Both the position numbers and the translations under genes were made by a program. A stretch of DNA of 64,000 nucleotides from an uncultured Nitrospinota bacterium. GTDB lineage: Bacteria; Tectomicrobia; Entotheonellia; J063; CAVPRW01. Shown piece by piece: positions 1 through 9,712 of the stretch (its first letter is position 1; every line of letters begins with the position of its first letter). The notes beneath the pieces were generated by a model, which saw only the letters and a program-made list of their open reading frames with translations, was not told the DNA's origin and searched no databases. The DNA is taken from positions 240,303 through 304,302 of the forward strand of contig CAVPRW010000010.1 in assembly GCA_963707985.1 (NCBI GenBank), written 5' to 3'.

Positions 1-90
1 AGGGGAGTGGTACCTCAAGACCCTTGGGGCCTTAGCGTTGTTCATCTAAGTGGGAACCGCTATAATGCAATGGTTAGGCGACCTAGGCAA

Positions 91-1236
91 CTACCGCTTC
101 TTGGCGCTCGGCCAATGTTCTACCGACGGCACGGGCTGTGCTCTAAGCTGCAGTCCCGTCTTGGCATTGATATGCTCAATCCACCCAGCCTGGAAGTCCA
201 CGATGTCGCCCTCCCTTGGGGGCACCATTGGAGAGTCGTAGTCAGCATAGGATCGTGTCTCAATGGTCTGCATGAATCCGAACTTCAATCCGACACGGAG
301 CCCCTGGTCAGCGACGACGAATTTCTGCCTAATACTGCCGTCTTCGTGTCCATACATTGGACCGTGGTGCAACTCGGGATCGATACTAGGTTTATTCTGC
401 TTTCGGAATGCGATAAGCCTATCCAGCTCCTCATCGGTCATATGATCAGGATGATAGTACAGGCACTGGTTCGCGCTGGCCGCCTGCAAAGCGTTGATGA
501 CCTGAACATCGTAGCCACTGGCCAGAACGACGCGCGACTGGGGGCTACCACACGTATAGGTTTGCGGATCATACATGACGATACAAACGCGGGGGGAGAC
601 TGGCATGATGAGTTGGATGCCCTTTACTAGGAGGCCCCCTGCCCCATAACAGTGCGATAGCCTCGGGTGATGCTCGACAAACTGGTTGGAGATCGCGACC
701 GGATGATCGGAGATCACAAACCCGACCTTTCTGTCGTGGAGCAGAAACTTCACCGGAAGGTCGGCAATGGTGCCTGCTGCGACTGCTGCTGACGCCAAAG
801 CGAAAAGCTGAGGGTCCTTCGGGCGGATCCGCACCGAGCGCAAGTCAATGCCGGCAGCTACTGCTCTTGGCTGCAAGAGCTCCTTGAGTACCGCTTCAGC
901 CATTCGCTCAATACCAGTGGCTGCCCTCAGCGTTCGCCTGTGCTGAAACAGAACATAGAGCCTGAGGTGAATTATCTCCACATCAGAGATGGATTGGAGC
1001 CGAGCGGCGCTCAGATCGCCGAGGGTATCCGCGAATTTTCCTTCGGCGTCGCTGAAGGCCTTCTCCATCACGAGGTCTTTACCATAGAAATAGTCTCGGC
1101 AGCACTGCTCTCGAATTCCGACATCGCGCCTCCTCTTACCCGTATCCAAGATCACCATACTCGTCCGCTTACCATCCCTGGAGAACTTACCCATCTGCAT
1201 TTGAGATACATAATGCTGTCGCTTGTTTTCGGCCAC
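91..1236 (-). CDS. DUF4238 family protein (N-terminal HYVSQ...F motif resembling the HYVPQFYL signature); GTG start with ACGGAG SD
   Basis: 381-aa ORF; N-terminus KRQHYVSQMQMGKFS matches my recollection of the DUF4238 signature; no other recognisable domain. Confidence 0.5.
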   Translation of the reverse strand: MAENKRQHYVSQMQMGKFSRDGKRTSMVILDTGKRRRDVGIREQCCRDYFYGKDLVMEKAFSDAEGKFADTLGDLSAARLQSISDVEIIHLRLYVLFQHRRTLRAATGIERMAEAVLKELLQPRAVAAGIDLRSVRIRPKDPQLFALASAAVAAGTIADLPVKFLLHDRKVGFVISDHPVAISNQFVEHHPRLSHCYGAGGLLVKGIQLIMPVSPRVCIVMYDPQTYTCGSPQSRVVLASGYDVQVINALQAASANQCLYYHPDHMTDEELDRLIAFRKQNKPSIDPELHHGPMYGHEDGSIRQKFVVADQGLRVGLKFGFMQTIETRSYADYDSPMVPPREGDIVDFQAGWIEHINAKTGLQLRAQPVPSVEHWPSAKKR

Positions 1237-1320
1237 TTTCTTGCTCCGTCACTGAAGTTTTGATCAGGTCTCGAGTTCTATATGCTTATGCTCCAGGATG
1301 CTCCAAATCCTTTCATACAG

Positions 1321-1390
1321 CCTAACCCGTCGGTGAGCAGACCCGCAAAAAGCTGTGCTTTTTGCGGGTCTGCTCGACCGACGGGTTAGG
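1321..1390. terminator. Long near-perfect inverted repeat (33/34-nt arms, 3-nt loop) overlapping the stop codon of the DUF4263 gene, 85 bp upstream of the DUF4238 start
   Basis: cctaacccgtcggtgagcagacccgcaaaaagc-tgt-gctttttgcgggtctgctcgaccgacgggttagg read directly; one extra base in the right arm. Confidence 0.6.
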
Positions 1391-2141
1391 CATCACACCG
1401 GCCAACAAGTGGAAGAACTTGATCCATAGCCAAAACCCTGAAGCCATCTAGATAGTGATGCCAGGTTGACCTATTTGCGAGCGCGTCGGCCCTGAGTTCG
1501 TCGGAGATTTTCAGATAGGAGGGGTCAACCCATGCGAAGATACTTTCGCTGACGAAGTACTTGGACACCAGTTCGAAGTGCTCATTCTTCCTGACGCCGA
1601 GATACAGCGGCGTCTTGGTGTGCAGTGATTCCGCAAGACTGTTATAGGAGACGATGTGGAAGTCATCATTCTCGCGCGAACGGATCAAGCCTGTGCGTAT
1701 TTCGTTGCCTTCAAATTCAGACCGACGGCCATGCACCAAGACGTATTTGACATGGCAGGGATTTCGCCGCAATGACTCGGGAACTCGTATGGGTGCGATG
1801 GTGCCATCTGTGAAACCCAAAGCGTTGGACGGGTTGTCAAACCACGCGCGCCATCTGGCAATCTGGTCTAGCCCTGCGTGGAAGTCTGGATGTAGGTCAT
1901 TGGAGCCGTCTTTGAAGTACCGTGACTGAGGCTTCTCGATTTCGACTAGGACGAGATGCCAATCTGCGGAACTCTTCGCCATGTAGAAGAAGTCCGGTGA
2001 ATAGTCTTTTGCAAGCGACAGCTTTCGGAACACCAAGTCGAAATGCACGCCGTGATTCTGTATGAATTCTCGCGGGATCAGGCTCGTGTTCTCTTCAAGG
2101 AAGTGCTGATACCGCTGTTCGGGATGCTCTCCATCCAACAA
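1386..2141 (-). CDS. DUF4263 (Shedu SduA-like) PD-(D/E)xK nuclease-domain protein; TTG start with AAGGGAG SD
   Basis: YQHFLEEN...PDFFY...LVLVEIEKP matches DUF4263 conserved N-terminal block and the D...E-x-K core; 251 aa. Confidence 0.5.
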   Translation of the reverse strand: MLDGEHPEQRYQHFLEENTSLIPREFIQNHGVHFDLVFRKLSLAKDYSPDFFYMAKSSADWHLVLVEIEKPQSRYFKDGSNDLHPDFHAGLDQIARWRAWFDNPSNALGFTDGTIAPIRVPESLRRNPCHVKYVLVHGRRSEFEGNEIRTGLIRSRENDDFHIVSYNSLAESLHTKTPLYLGVRKNEHFELVSKYFVSESIFAWVDPSYLKISDELRADALANRSTWHHYLDGFRVLAMDQVLPLVGRCDA

Positions 2142-2166
2142 CGCGAAGAACTCCCTTCTTAGGAGC

Positions 2167-3480
2167 CGTCTGGAAATAAATTTTACATTAATGCATTAGC
2201 TCCCCGTCTTGCTCTGGGACGCTTATGAGGAAGGATCGTGTAGTTCCACTCGCCGTGGAAGTCGGATCGCTCAAGGCGCATGGCCTCCATCTCGACAGCG
2301 CTCACCTTGAGGCCAATCGGATATTGCCCAGCATCGAGGGCCGCCTGGATGCGCAGCCCCGTGGAAGAGCGAGGACTGCCAATGAGGCTGACGATCACCT
2401 CGCGGCTCAGCAGGGGCTGTCCACGCCAGTTCGCGGTGATGTAGCAAAACATGCGATGTTCGATCTTGTTCCATGTGCTCGTGCCAGGCGGCCGATGGCT
2501 GACCGCCATACGCAGCCCCGTCTCATCGGCGAGCCGCTGCAGCTCGGCCTTCCATAGCCGCGCCCGGGCACTGTTGCTGCCGCCACCATCTGCCGTGATG
2601 AGCAGCTCCTTGGCCCGCGGATACATGGCCGAACCCATCTGGCGCCACCACGCCCGGATCGTCGCTACTGCGAACGCAGCGGTGTCATGGGCCACGCCCA
2701 CGCTGACCCACCCGAGGTTGGCGCCGACGTCGTAGACGCCGTCGGGGATGGCCTTGCCTCGCTCCCCATCGACGAAGTCATACACGCGGACCTCAGGAGG
2801 ATGCCCCGTGGGGTGCCACTCACGGCCAGCATTCTTGAAGTCTCCGAGGAGTTCCTTCTTCTTGGCATCGACAGAAATGACCGGCTGGCCGCGGCGCTGA
2901 AAGTCCTGCACCCGGACGTTGAGATGCTCGAATTGCGCGTGGCGGTCCGGGTGATGGCCCCCCTCGCGGGTCTTGCGCGCTCCCTGTAAGCTGTAGTCCG
3001 CCGCATGGAGCAACTCGCTCACGAGCTGGGGGCTGACCTGGTGCCCCTGCGTTTTGAGCTCGGCCGCGAGCTTGCGGACACTCTTGCACGTCCAGCGCAG
3101 CGGTGATGGCGGGTCGCCTCGGGTCGTGGGCTCGACCAAGGCTTCCAACGCGTGAAGCAGCGTTGGGTCGTGCCTGGTGCGCTTCTTGCGCCCGCCCCCA
3201 GGCCGTCGGACCCGCTCGTCACGCCCCCGAGGCGTCGCCACGGTGCCGGTGTGGATCTCCTCAATGCCAGCGTAGATCGTCGGGCGTGACAGTCCTGTCG
3301 CTCGCGCGGCGGCACTGATACCACCGCGCCCCAGCGCGAGCGCTTCGGTCGCGGCCCAGAGCCGTCGCGCGTGCTCGTTTAGCACCGGGCTCAGCGTCTT
3401 GAACTTCTCCGTCAATGCAGTGTATTCTCGCATGTGGCTTAGTCTAACCCTGGAAAACCATTTGTAAAGGTTATTTCCAG
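2167..3480 (-). mobile_element. ISAzo13-family insertion sequence with about 25-bp imperfect terminal inverted repeats (TCTGGAAATAAnnTTTACA...)
   Basis: Left end gtctggaaataaattttacattaatg (2167-2192) vs reverse complement of right end tgtctggaaataacctttacaaatgg (3455-3480); single transposase ORF inside. Confidence 0.7.
2183..3433 (-). CDS. ISAzo13 family DDE transposase
   Basis: 416 aa; HDTAAFAV...WW...YP.A.ELLITADGGGSN..R.RLWK.ELQ.LA..TG block typical of ISAzo13-like (Rhodopirellula-type DDE) transposases. Confidence 0.85.
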   Translation of the reverse strand: MREYTALTEKFKTLSPVLNEHARRLWAATEALALGRGGISAAARATGLSRPTIYAGIEEIHTGTVATPRGRDERVRRPGGGRKKRTRHDPTLLHALEALVEPTTRGDPPSPLRWTCKSVRKLAAELKTQGHQVSPQLVSELLHAADYSLQGARKTREGGHHPDRHAQFEHLNVRVQDFQRRGQPVISVDAKKKELLGDFKNAGREWHPTGHPPEVRVYDFVDGERGKAIPDGVYDVGANLGWVSVGVAHDTAAFAVATIRAWWRQMGSAMYPRAKELLITADGGGSNSARARLWKAELQRLADETGLRMAVSHRPPGTSTWNKIEHRMFCYITANWRGQPLLSREVIVSLIGSPRSSTGLRIQAALDAGQYPIGLKVSAVEMEAMRLERSDFHGEWNYTILPHKRPRARRGANALM

Positions 3481-3658
3481 ACAGCTACTTAGTGCCTCGA
3501 TGTCGTCGCCGCATAGTGCCACGGGTGTCTCCCGATGCCGAACGCGCAGGGTTCAGCGGCGGGGGCAGAACCACCACCGAGCTATGACTGGCCTACTAAG
3601 CCGCAAACCGCCGCTGTCCCCCCCGTCCGCTGGAACCCTTTGTTAGACCGCCGTGCGT

Positions 3659-3895
3659 CTACTTACGCATGTCTTTCGGGTATTGCGTAGGGTCAAAGCG
3701 GATCTTTCCATCTTTGCCCATGCGCCACGGATTGCTCAGTTCACACACGTGAGGAAAGATTTCGGCATCTAGCACTTGTTGAAGGACCACCCTCATTGTT
3801 CTCCGATACCTCCGGTGCGCCAATTGCTTGTCCTTTTTCTCGGACTCGGCTGTCGTGATGCCCCGGATCGGCGTCTTCCGTTTAGAACGTGCCAT
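3659..3895 (-). CDS. Hypothetical small basic (Lys/Arg-rich) protein
   Basis: 79-aa ORF from internal Met MARSKRKTPIRG...; no recognisable domain. Confidence 0.3.
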   Translation of the reverse strand: MARSKRKTPIRGITTAESEKKDKQLAHRRYRRTMRVVLQQVLDAEIFPHVCELSNPWRMGKDGKIRFDPTQYPKDMRK

Positions 3896-4157
3896 GCGAT
3901 AGCCTTTCGAACCAGTATTGATGCATCTCGGCGAGAAAGAGAGGTGAAATCGGAAAACCTGACGCGTCGCCGAGTACCGAATCAATCATACACTCAGGGC
4001 AGAGGGCCGTGCGTTCGTTTTCCAGGAAGCGAGTGACCTCGGTCGCTGGAAATACTGACGTGCAGTAGAAGCACCCGGCGACCTTGCTCTGACGTAATTC
4101 GGTCTCGTTTGCCGTGCAGTGCCGGTGTGCTACCTCCAACCTATTGTTGATGGACAT
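3882..4157 (-). CDS. Hypothetical Cys-rich zinc-ribbon protein (CxxC-x19-CxxC)
   Basis: 91 aa with CFYC...CPEC spacing typical of a 4-Cys zinc ribbon. Confidence 0.35.
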   Translation of the reverse strand: MSINNRLEVAHRHCTANETELRQSKVAGCFYCTSVFPATEVTRFLENERTALCPECMIDSVLGDASGFPISPLFLAEMHQYWFERLSHGTF

Positions 4158-4284
4158 GTCACACGTACCTCAGCGGTCTAACGCCAGGTTTCAGCCGCGC
4201 CCGGAAGCCGAAGCGAGGAACGAGCGTAGGCTGTAGGGCGTCGGCTGCAAACCCTTGTTCGGCGGTGCTACTGTCGACCCAGCA

Positions 4285-4692
4285 CTACGGCTCTTTGGTG
4301 AAACCTGCTTGGACAAAGTGCTGGTCGAAGGCAAAGGCCGTCCGGATACCCAGCTTCTGCATGACGAGAAAGGAGATACAATCTGTGAGGGAATAATCTT
4401 TGTCTTGATGGCGCTGGAAATATGCCCACCCTTCGTAAAATAACGCCGTTTCGACATGGATGAATTGTACGGATGGACTCTGCAACAGATTGTTCCCCAG
4501 TTGGAGGGCCTTCGCATGCTGTCCCCGACTGTTAAAGAACGTCACGACTTCATCGAAGACGTAGGAGGTCGTGACGAGACGTGGCAGCGCCGCCACGATA
4601 CTCTGCCAGTGTTGCATGGCCGCGTGATGATGCTGGTCATTGATAATTTCCAGCGCGAACAGATAGCCCGTGTCGGCAAACACCGTATTCAT
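4285..4692 (-). CDS. vapC: PIN-domain ribonuclease toxin VapC
   Basis: FADTGYLFAL N-terminus and four conserved acidic residues (D7, E48, D104, D124); overlaps upstream antitoxin gene by 4 nt. Confidence 0.8.
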   Translation of the reverse strand: MNTVFADTGYLFALEIINDQHHHAAMQHWQSIVAALPRLVTTSYVFDEVVTFFNSRGQHAKALQLGNNLLQSPSVQFIHVETALFYEGWAYFQRHQDKDYSLTDCISFLVMQKLGIRTAFAFDQHFVQAGFTKEP

Positions 4693-4946
4693 TGATTGTA
4701 GAGATACCGATCATGGTTGAGCGAGGCATCCTCCACATCGAGGAGGAGCGGCTGGTTGCCAAGGTTCAGGATGGGGTCATCCGCAGGCACCGGCATGACA
4801 ATGATCATGTTTTGCGTTTTCTGGATTTCTACCTCGTCAATGTCTTCGAGCCACCCTTTGGGGATGAGGACACCGTTTTCTGTCACTTTTGTTCTCATAG
4901 CACGCTCCTGGATCGGGGATTTCGAGGCATCAATAATACCATACAA
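4689..4946 (-). CDS. vapB: VapB-like antitoxin (AbrB/MazE swapped-hairpin fold); true start possibly internal Met at 4898
   Basis: TKVTENGVLIPKGWLE..IDEVEI resembles the SpoVT/AbrB DNA-binding hairpin; overlaps vapC in the ATGA arrangement. Confidence 0.6.
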   Translation of the reverse strand: MYGIIDASKSPIQERAMRTKVTENGVLIPKGWLEDIDEVEIQKTQNMIIVMPVPADDPILNLGNQPLLLDVEDASLNHDRYLYNQ

Positions 4947-5146
4947 AACAGTGGGGAGACGGCTGCTATCAGTGGGGCACCCTACAGGGTATGCGACATG
5001 ACCCCCTGGCTTCTGAGTATGCTGGTAGTTTTTCCTCCGCGCCTTTGGCGCCGGACGCTGGAGGCAGTCGGCTGACGCCCAGCGTTCGGCGCAGCGTACC
5101 GACTGCCATCGTGCCTCCCCTTTGTTTTTCCTCTGCCGGCAGCACG

Positions 5147-5905
5147 TCAGTGAGACACAGGTCCCAAAAACTTCGTGATGTACGGCAGCACGAGATTACT
5201 GCGTGCCATGGCCTCCGCGTGTGAGAGGTCAGGCAAGGAAAAGAACGTGACATTGGGCATCTGTTTCACACACTCCCTGACGGCAGGGTACACAGGGTCC
5301 GCTTCGCCAGCAAAGAACAGGCACGGCATGGTCATCGTCGGGAGGACCGCCTCCAGACTCGACCGGTCCTGCGCCACTGCCAGAAGAGCCTCCAGGTCGT
5401 TGGCGAGTGCCCGGGCTTTGCGCCGCGCAGTCATAGGCCCATACAGCTCCTCCAAGCCTGCCACAAAGGCTTCCTTCCCTTGTTCGAGGGCCTTCCGTAA
5501 GGCCTGACGTTGATGATCCATACTGCGTGCATAGGGGTGTGCACCACCGATGATCAAAGCATGGAACTGCTTGGGGGCGTACTGCGCCAGGCCAAACCCG
5601 ATCCATCCACCCATCGAATAGCCAAAGAAATAGGCGTGTGCGATGTGCAGATGATCCAGGACCGCGACAATGTCGCCCGCCCGGCATTGCAGCCCATAGG
5701 CTTCGGGATCATGGGGCTTATCGCTCGCACCGTGCCCCCGTGCATCGATGAGGATAAGCTGGTAGTCGTGCTGCAGCGCGTGTACATAGCCCGCATCGTA
5801 CCAGCTTTCCAGGCTATTGGAAAACCCATGCTGGAGCACCAGCGGGGGCCCCTCCCCTTCGATTTGGTAATGGATTCGGACGTTTTGATTGATGACATAG
5901 GGCAT
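5147..5905 (-). CDS. alpha/beta-fold hydrolase
   Basis: HGFSNS...GYSMGG nucleophile elbow...DLSH; start chosen at MPYVINQ with AAGGAGG SD. Confidence 0.8.
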   Translation of the reverse strand: MPYVINQNVRIHYQIEGEGPPLVLQHGFSNSLESWYDAGYVHALQHDYQLILIDARGHGASDKPHDPEAYGLQCRAGDIVAVLDHLHIAHAYFFGYSMGGWIGFGLAQYAPKQFHALIIGGAHPYARSMDHQRQALRKALEQGKEAFVAGLEELYGPMTARRKARALANDLEALLAVAQDRSSLEAVLPTMTMPCLFFAGEADPVYPAVRECVKQMPNVTFFSLPDLSHAEAMARSNLVLPYITKFLGPVSH

Positions 5906-6926
5906 GGCAGTTTCCTCCTTATTGAAGCAATATACACAGCAATGCTCGCTTCTCTTACCGCGAACACCAAACACGGAGCCGAACCAGTGATTCAACCGTT
6001 TTCTGTATAACACTCCGGATCACGGTTCGCGCATTGTTTGCGACAGTTTCTAATATTTGGGCAAAAATTTAAAAATACAGTACTTTTGAAGTTGGGCTGT
6101 CCGTCGGAATGTTGCTGGGCCGGAGCCGTTGACTTATTCCTCTGCCGGCGAGTTGCCGTGAGGCTGAACAAGAGTTCGTAAAATCGAGCAGTTAGAAGGA
6201 ATGTTTGAAACTGGATTAAAATGGGGTAACTAAAAGCTTAAATCTTGTACCATAGGTTAAACCTTTTGGGGTTCGCATTTCTTGGATGTCCCCTTTCGCT
6301 GTAACGCGTCACGATCAAGCTGTCACGATCGCGTCTCAATGGACAAGGCATTGATTTCGCAAGGTTTCAGAAAAACCCTCCCTGCGGGAAAGGGCAAAAA
6401 TGCAAAATTATAGTACACACAGATCAAAAAAAGCAGAACAATCGTTGACATCCAAAGTATGCTGTATGATATGCGTACTGTAAGAATATCCATCAGTTGG
6501 ATAAGGACGGCGGAGGCGTAGCCCATGAGCGCGTTTCCGGACACTGATACGAGAGACGCCGAGATCCTCGCGGCCAGGCGGGTTCCACGTAAACCATGGT
6601 GGAACGACCAAACATGGGTGCGGTTCTCCCTGCATTGTGGCCATACGTACCGCCACCATCCCGCCGATGCCACGAGCCTTCAGTTGTCTATAGGGAAAGC
6701 TGGCTTCGAAAGGCCAAACGGCCGAACAGCGGGCCCAGGCACCATGCGCGGTTGAATATGACTCCATGTGCTTGTCGCCGCAGTTGCGATCGGTGCGAGA
6801 CGACGACGCGGTCGCACCGACCGCGCCGAGAGGCGGAGCAGATGGTCTCGCGGCAAGGAAGCCGGAGCGTGTCATTGGGCCATCTCGCCTGCTGGAGGAG
6901 CACGCGCATGTCCTCGTTCAGGCCAA

Positions 6927-7805
6927 TCAGGCCAATGGTGCGAGTGAACAGACGAACGTGGCCTGGGGAGCGGTGGAAGCAAAGTTGAAAGACGACATCA
7001 TGCGTCGCCATTCTTCGCCTAAGACGCTACTTGCGTCTGCAGGATAGATGAAAAAGTACTGGGGTTTCATGCTCAAGACCCATGCTGTGGAGGTGACGGG
7101 TGCGGAGGCCAAGCGGTTGTTGGTCGATCTGGCCTTCAGGAGACGGGTGTCAGCTGCGGCGCAAAACGCCCGCGGTGAGCCGCGCCCAATGGCCGGAGCA
7201 AGGCATGAGCGGAGGCTCTTGGGCGTCGGCTCCACTACGATGTTAGCCGGCTTTTGTCGGTTCAAGTTGAAAACCGTTTTGAGAAAACTCTTCACCGACT
7301 CTGTAGCGGCATGAGCTGCGGGGGTATCTGCGCCCACATGGGGGTTCAGTTCCACGCAAGCGTCCTTATAGGTAAAGGGTAGCTTCGTAGCCGCATTGAT
7401 CAACCTCCCCGTTGACTCCTCACGAATTGTGTAGTGACGAACGGTCTGGGCGCTTTCGGCGATCGTTGGTGTCGGACTGCCAAGAGGACTGTCAAACCCG
7501 TGCGGCGCATTCGGATACTCCGTGAGTTGGACGTCGTGCCCGGCACCACGCAGTCGCTCGACATATGCCTTGCAGGGTGCTACTGGATCGTAGTCGTCTG
7601 GACTGCCATGGAATAGGCGGATCGGTCGGTCTGCGACATCCATCTCGGACAGATATGTGGTCATGCAGTCCGGGTAGAAAGGAATGTAGGCGGTAAAATC
7701 GATGGCTGATGCGTTCCAGGTCTGGTGGAATCTCCTTAAGCTAGCGTAGAGAGCCGCTTGCCCACCTCGAGAGAATCCCATGAGGACGATCCGTGATGTA
7801 TCCAC
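6927..7805 (-). pseudogene. Dienelactone-hydrolase family fragment (N-terminally truncated; begins at the GFSRGG nucleophile elbow, long non-conserved C-terminal tail)
   Basis: MGFSRGGQAALYAS...FHGSPDDYDPV...APHGF present but the first ~100 residues of the fold are missing and no upstream continuation exists. Confidence 0.45.
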
Positions 7806-7830
7806 CCGAGAGTGCTTAGCGATGGATCAC

Positions 7831-8410
7831 TCAAGCAGAGGGAGAGGCCGGTGGTGCGACCCCCAATAAAGCAGCTAAATTGATGACGAGGCTGGGAAAG
7901 AGTTGCGGCCGGAATTCCTCTCCCGCTGCGACGCTCGCCATGCGAAGATAGCCCTGTGGGGTGGCGTGATATTCCTCGATGGCTAGGGTATTCGAATCAA
8001 TGATCCAGTACCAGGTCACACTGTTGGCATAGTAGACCCGAAATTTATGCACTCGATCGCGCGCTGGCATACTGGAGGTCACTTCGACAACCAAGTCGGG
8101 GGAGCCGTGGATTTTGCGGTCTGTTGGATTCAGCAAGGGCAGATGCTCTGTGGCAAGATAGGCGAGATCGGGGATGTAGCCACGTCCATCAGGCAGAAAT
8201 ACATCTACTTCCATGACAACTCTCCCCAACTGGTGCTGTCGTACAAACTGCCGGAGTAGATGCGAGAGCTCACTGACGATATCCTGATGTTCGGGTGTGG
8301 GCAAGGCAACCAAGATCAATTCTCCTTCCTCGTACTCGTAATACGGCGGTCCTTCGGGGAGAGCACGAAACTCTTCCATGGTCATCTGCTGCATACCTGT
8401 CGTGGCCATT
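7831..8410 (-). CDS. Uma2 family (DUF820) putative restriction-endonuclease-like protein
   Basis: MTMEEFRALPE...YEYEEGELILV.LPTPEHQ...IPDLAY... pattern typical of Uma2; start at MATTG with GGAGGA SD. Confidence 0.7.
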
Positions 8411-8432
8411 GACTCGTCCTCCAAAAAATTTG

Positions 8433-9605
8433 CTATATCTGCGGATCGGAGATCAGATCACCGGTCGCAAAGCGTCCCAGGCGGTAGGGCGTGGCATCTA
8501 AAGTCTCATAGCGCCCTAGGCGGATCGCTTCCGAGAGTACTTTGCCGCTGGCCGGAGCTAGCATGACCCCATGTCCGCTGAAGCCTGTTGCCATATAGAG
8601 CCCTGGAAGCTCAGGGTGCGGCCCGAGAATGGGATTTTCATCGGGCGTCACGGCATAGTGGCCGGCCCAGCCGCGTTGTAACTGCACGTCGCCACTGCCT
8701 GGGAGCCGTCGTCGCAGGGTGGGTAAAATATGTGATTCAAACTGCGCCGCTTCCCAGTCGAAGTTGAAGCCTGGTGGCTCATCACGGATGATGTAGGACA
8801 GGAGCAGGTGATTCTCGGTTTCGGTATCATGGCGAAAATGCACATCGCTGCGATCGATGACCATCGGCAGCTTATAGCCGAGTGCCTTTGGCAGCGTTAC
8901 ATAACACGCTTGACGCCGCACCGGCTGCACTGGCAAGCTGATTCCGGCTAACCCGGCGACATGCTGAGCCCAGGCTCCCGATACGATCACCAACGCCTGG
9001 GTGGAGATCTCTCCGCTATCGCGTGTCTGCACCGCGAACGTTTGTCCAGTGGCCGGTGTGAAGCCGATCACCTCGTCCTGAAGCCAGGTGCAGTTCAGTT
9101 CCCGCGAGCGCTCAACAAACCCCTGCAATGCCCCACGCGGGTTGAGGTAGCCGTCACGCTGGCTGAACAGGGCATAGGATACATCCCCGACGTACAGGTC
9201 TGGGAATAACTCATGAACCTGCCCTGGCGGCAGCATCTCGACTTCCACCCCCAGTTGGCGCTGCACTTCATAGCGGCGGAACCAGGCGTCCCGGTTCTGG
9301 TCGTCCAGCAATAGCAAATAGCCGCGCTGGTGAAAATGTGCTTGCGCTCGTCCCCATGCTCCTGACATCACCGCATCGAAACGCTCGTAGAATTGCAGGC
9401 TATAGCGCGCTAGCTGAATGTTACAGGGAACGCCATACAGTTGTCGGACGCCGCCCAGGCTCATAGGGGTGGCGGCGCGGGCATAGGTGGTGTCGCGCTC
9501 AATGACCAGAATGCGGCCGGTGAAGCCATCCTGACGCAAGTGGTACGCGATGCTAGCCCCAATAATGCCGCCGCCGATCAACACCACATCTGCTGTTTGC
9601 ACCAT
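8433..9605 (-). CDS. FAD-dependent oxidoreductase (DAO/glycine-oxidase-like)
   Basis: VVLIGGGIIGASIAYHL dinucleotide-binding motif at N-terminus; 390 aa. Confidence 0.85.
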   Translation of the reverse strand: MVQTADVVLIGGGIIGASIAYHLRQDGFTGRILVIERDTTYARAATPMSLGGVRQLYGVPCNIQLARYSLQFYERFDAVMSGAWGRAQAHFHQRGYLLLLDDQNRDAWFRRYEVQRQLGVEVEMLPPGQVHELFPDLYVGDVSYALFSQRDGYLNPRGALQGFVERSRELNCTWLQDEVIGFTPATGQTFAVQTRDSGEISTQALVIVSGAWAQHVAGLAGISLPVQPVRRQACYVTLPKALGYKLPMVIDRSDVHFRHDTETENHLLLSYIIRDEPPGFNFDWEAAQFESHILPTLRRRLPGSGDVQLQRGWAGHYAVTPDENPILGPHPELPGLYMATGFSGHGVMLAPASGKVLSEAIRLGRYETLDATPYRLGRFATGDLISDPQI

Positions 9606-9712
9606 GGATGACGGTCTCCTCAATAGTCCACGTCTCCTTTCCCTGCCGACAGCCTCCGAGACTCAGCTATGGCTGGGGAGAACAAGAGAGAGCTGGAGAG
9701 TGCGACATTATA

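Noticed and set aside
7-630. 207-aa plus-strand ORF
   Set aside because: It lies entirely antisense to the DUF4238 gene. It has odd composition and no motif, a typical shadow ORF of a GC-rich gene.
2225-3324. Several 60-110-aa ORFs on both strands inside the ISAzo13 transposase
   Set aside because: These are Arg/Ala/Pro-rich alternative-frame products of a roughly 70% GC gene. The transposase frame is the conserved one.
6443-6472. Sigma70-like promoter TTGACA...TATGAT
   Set aside because: The spacer is only 14 bp, too short for a functional -35/-10 pair.
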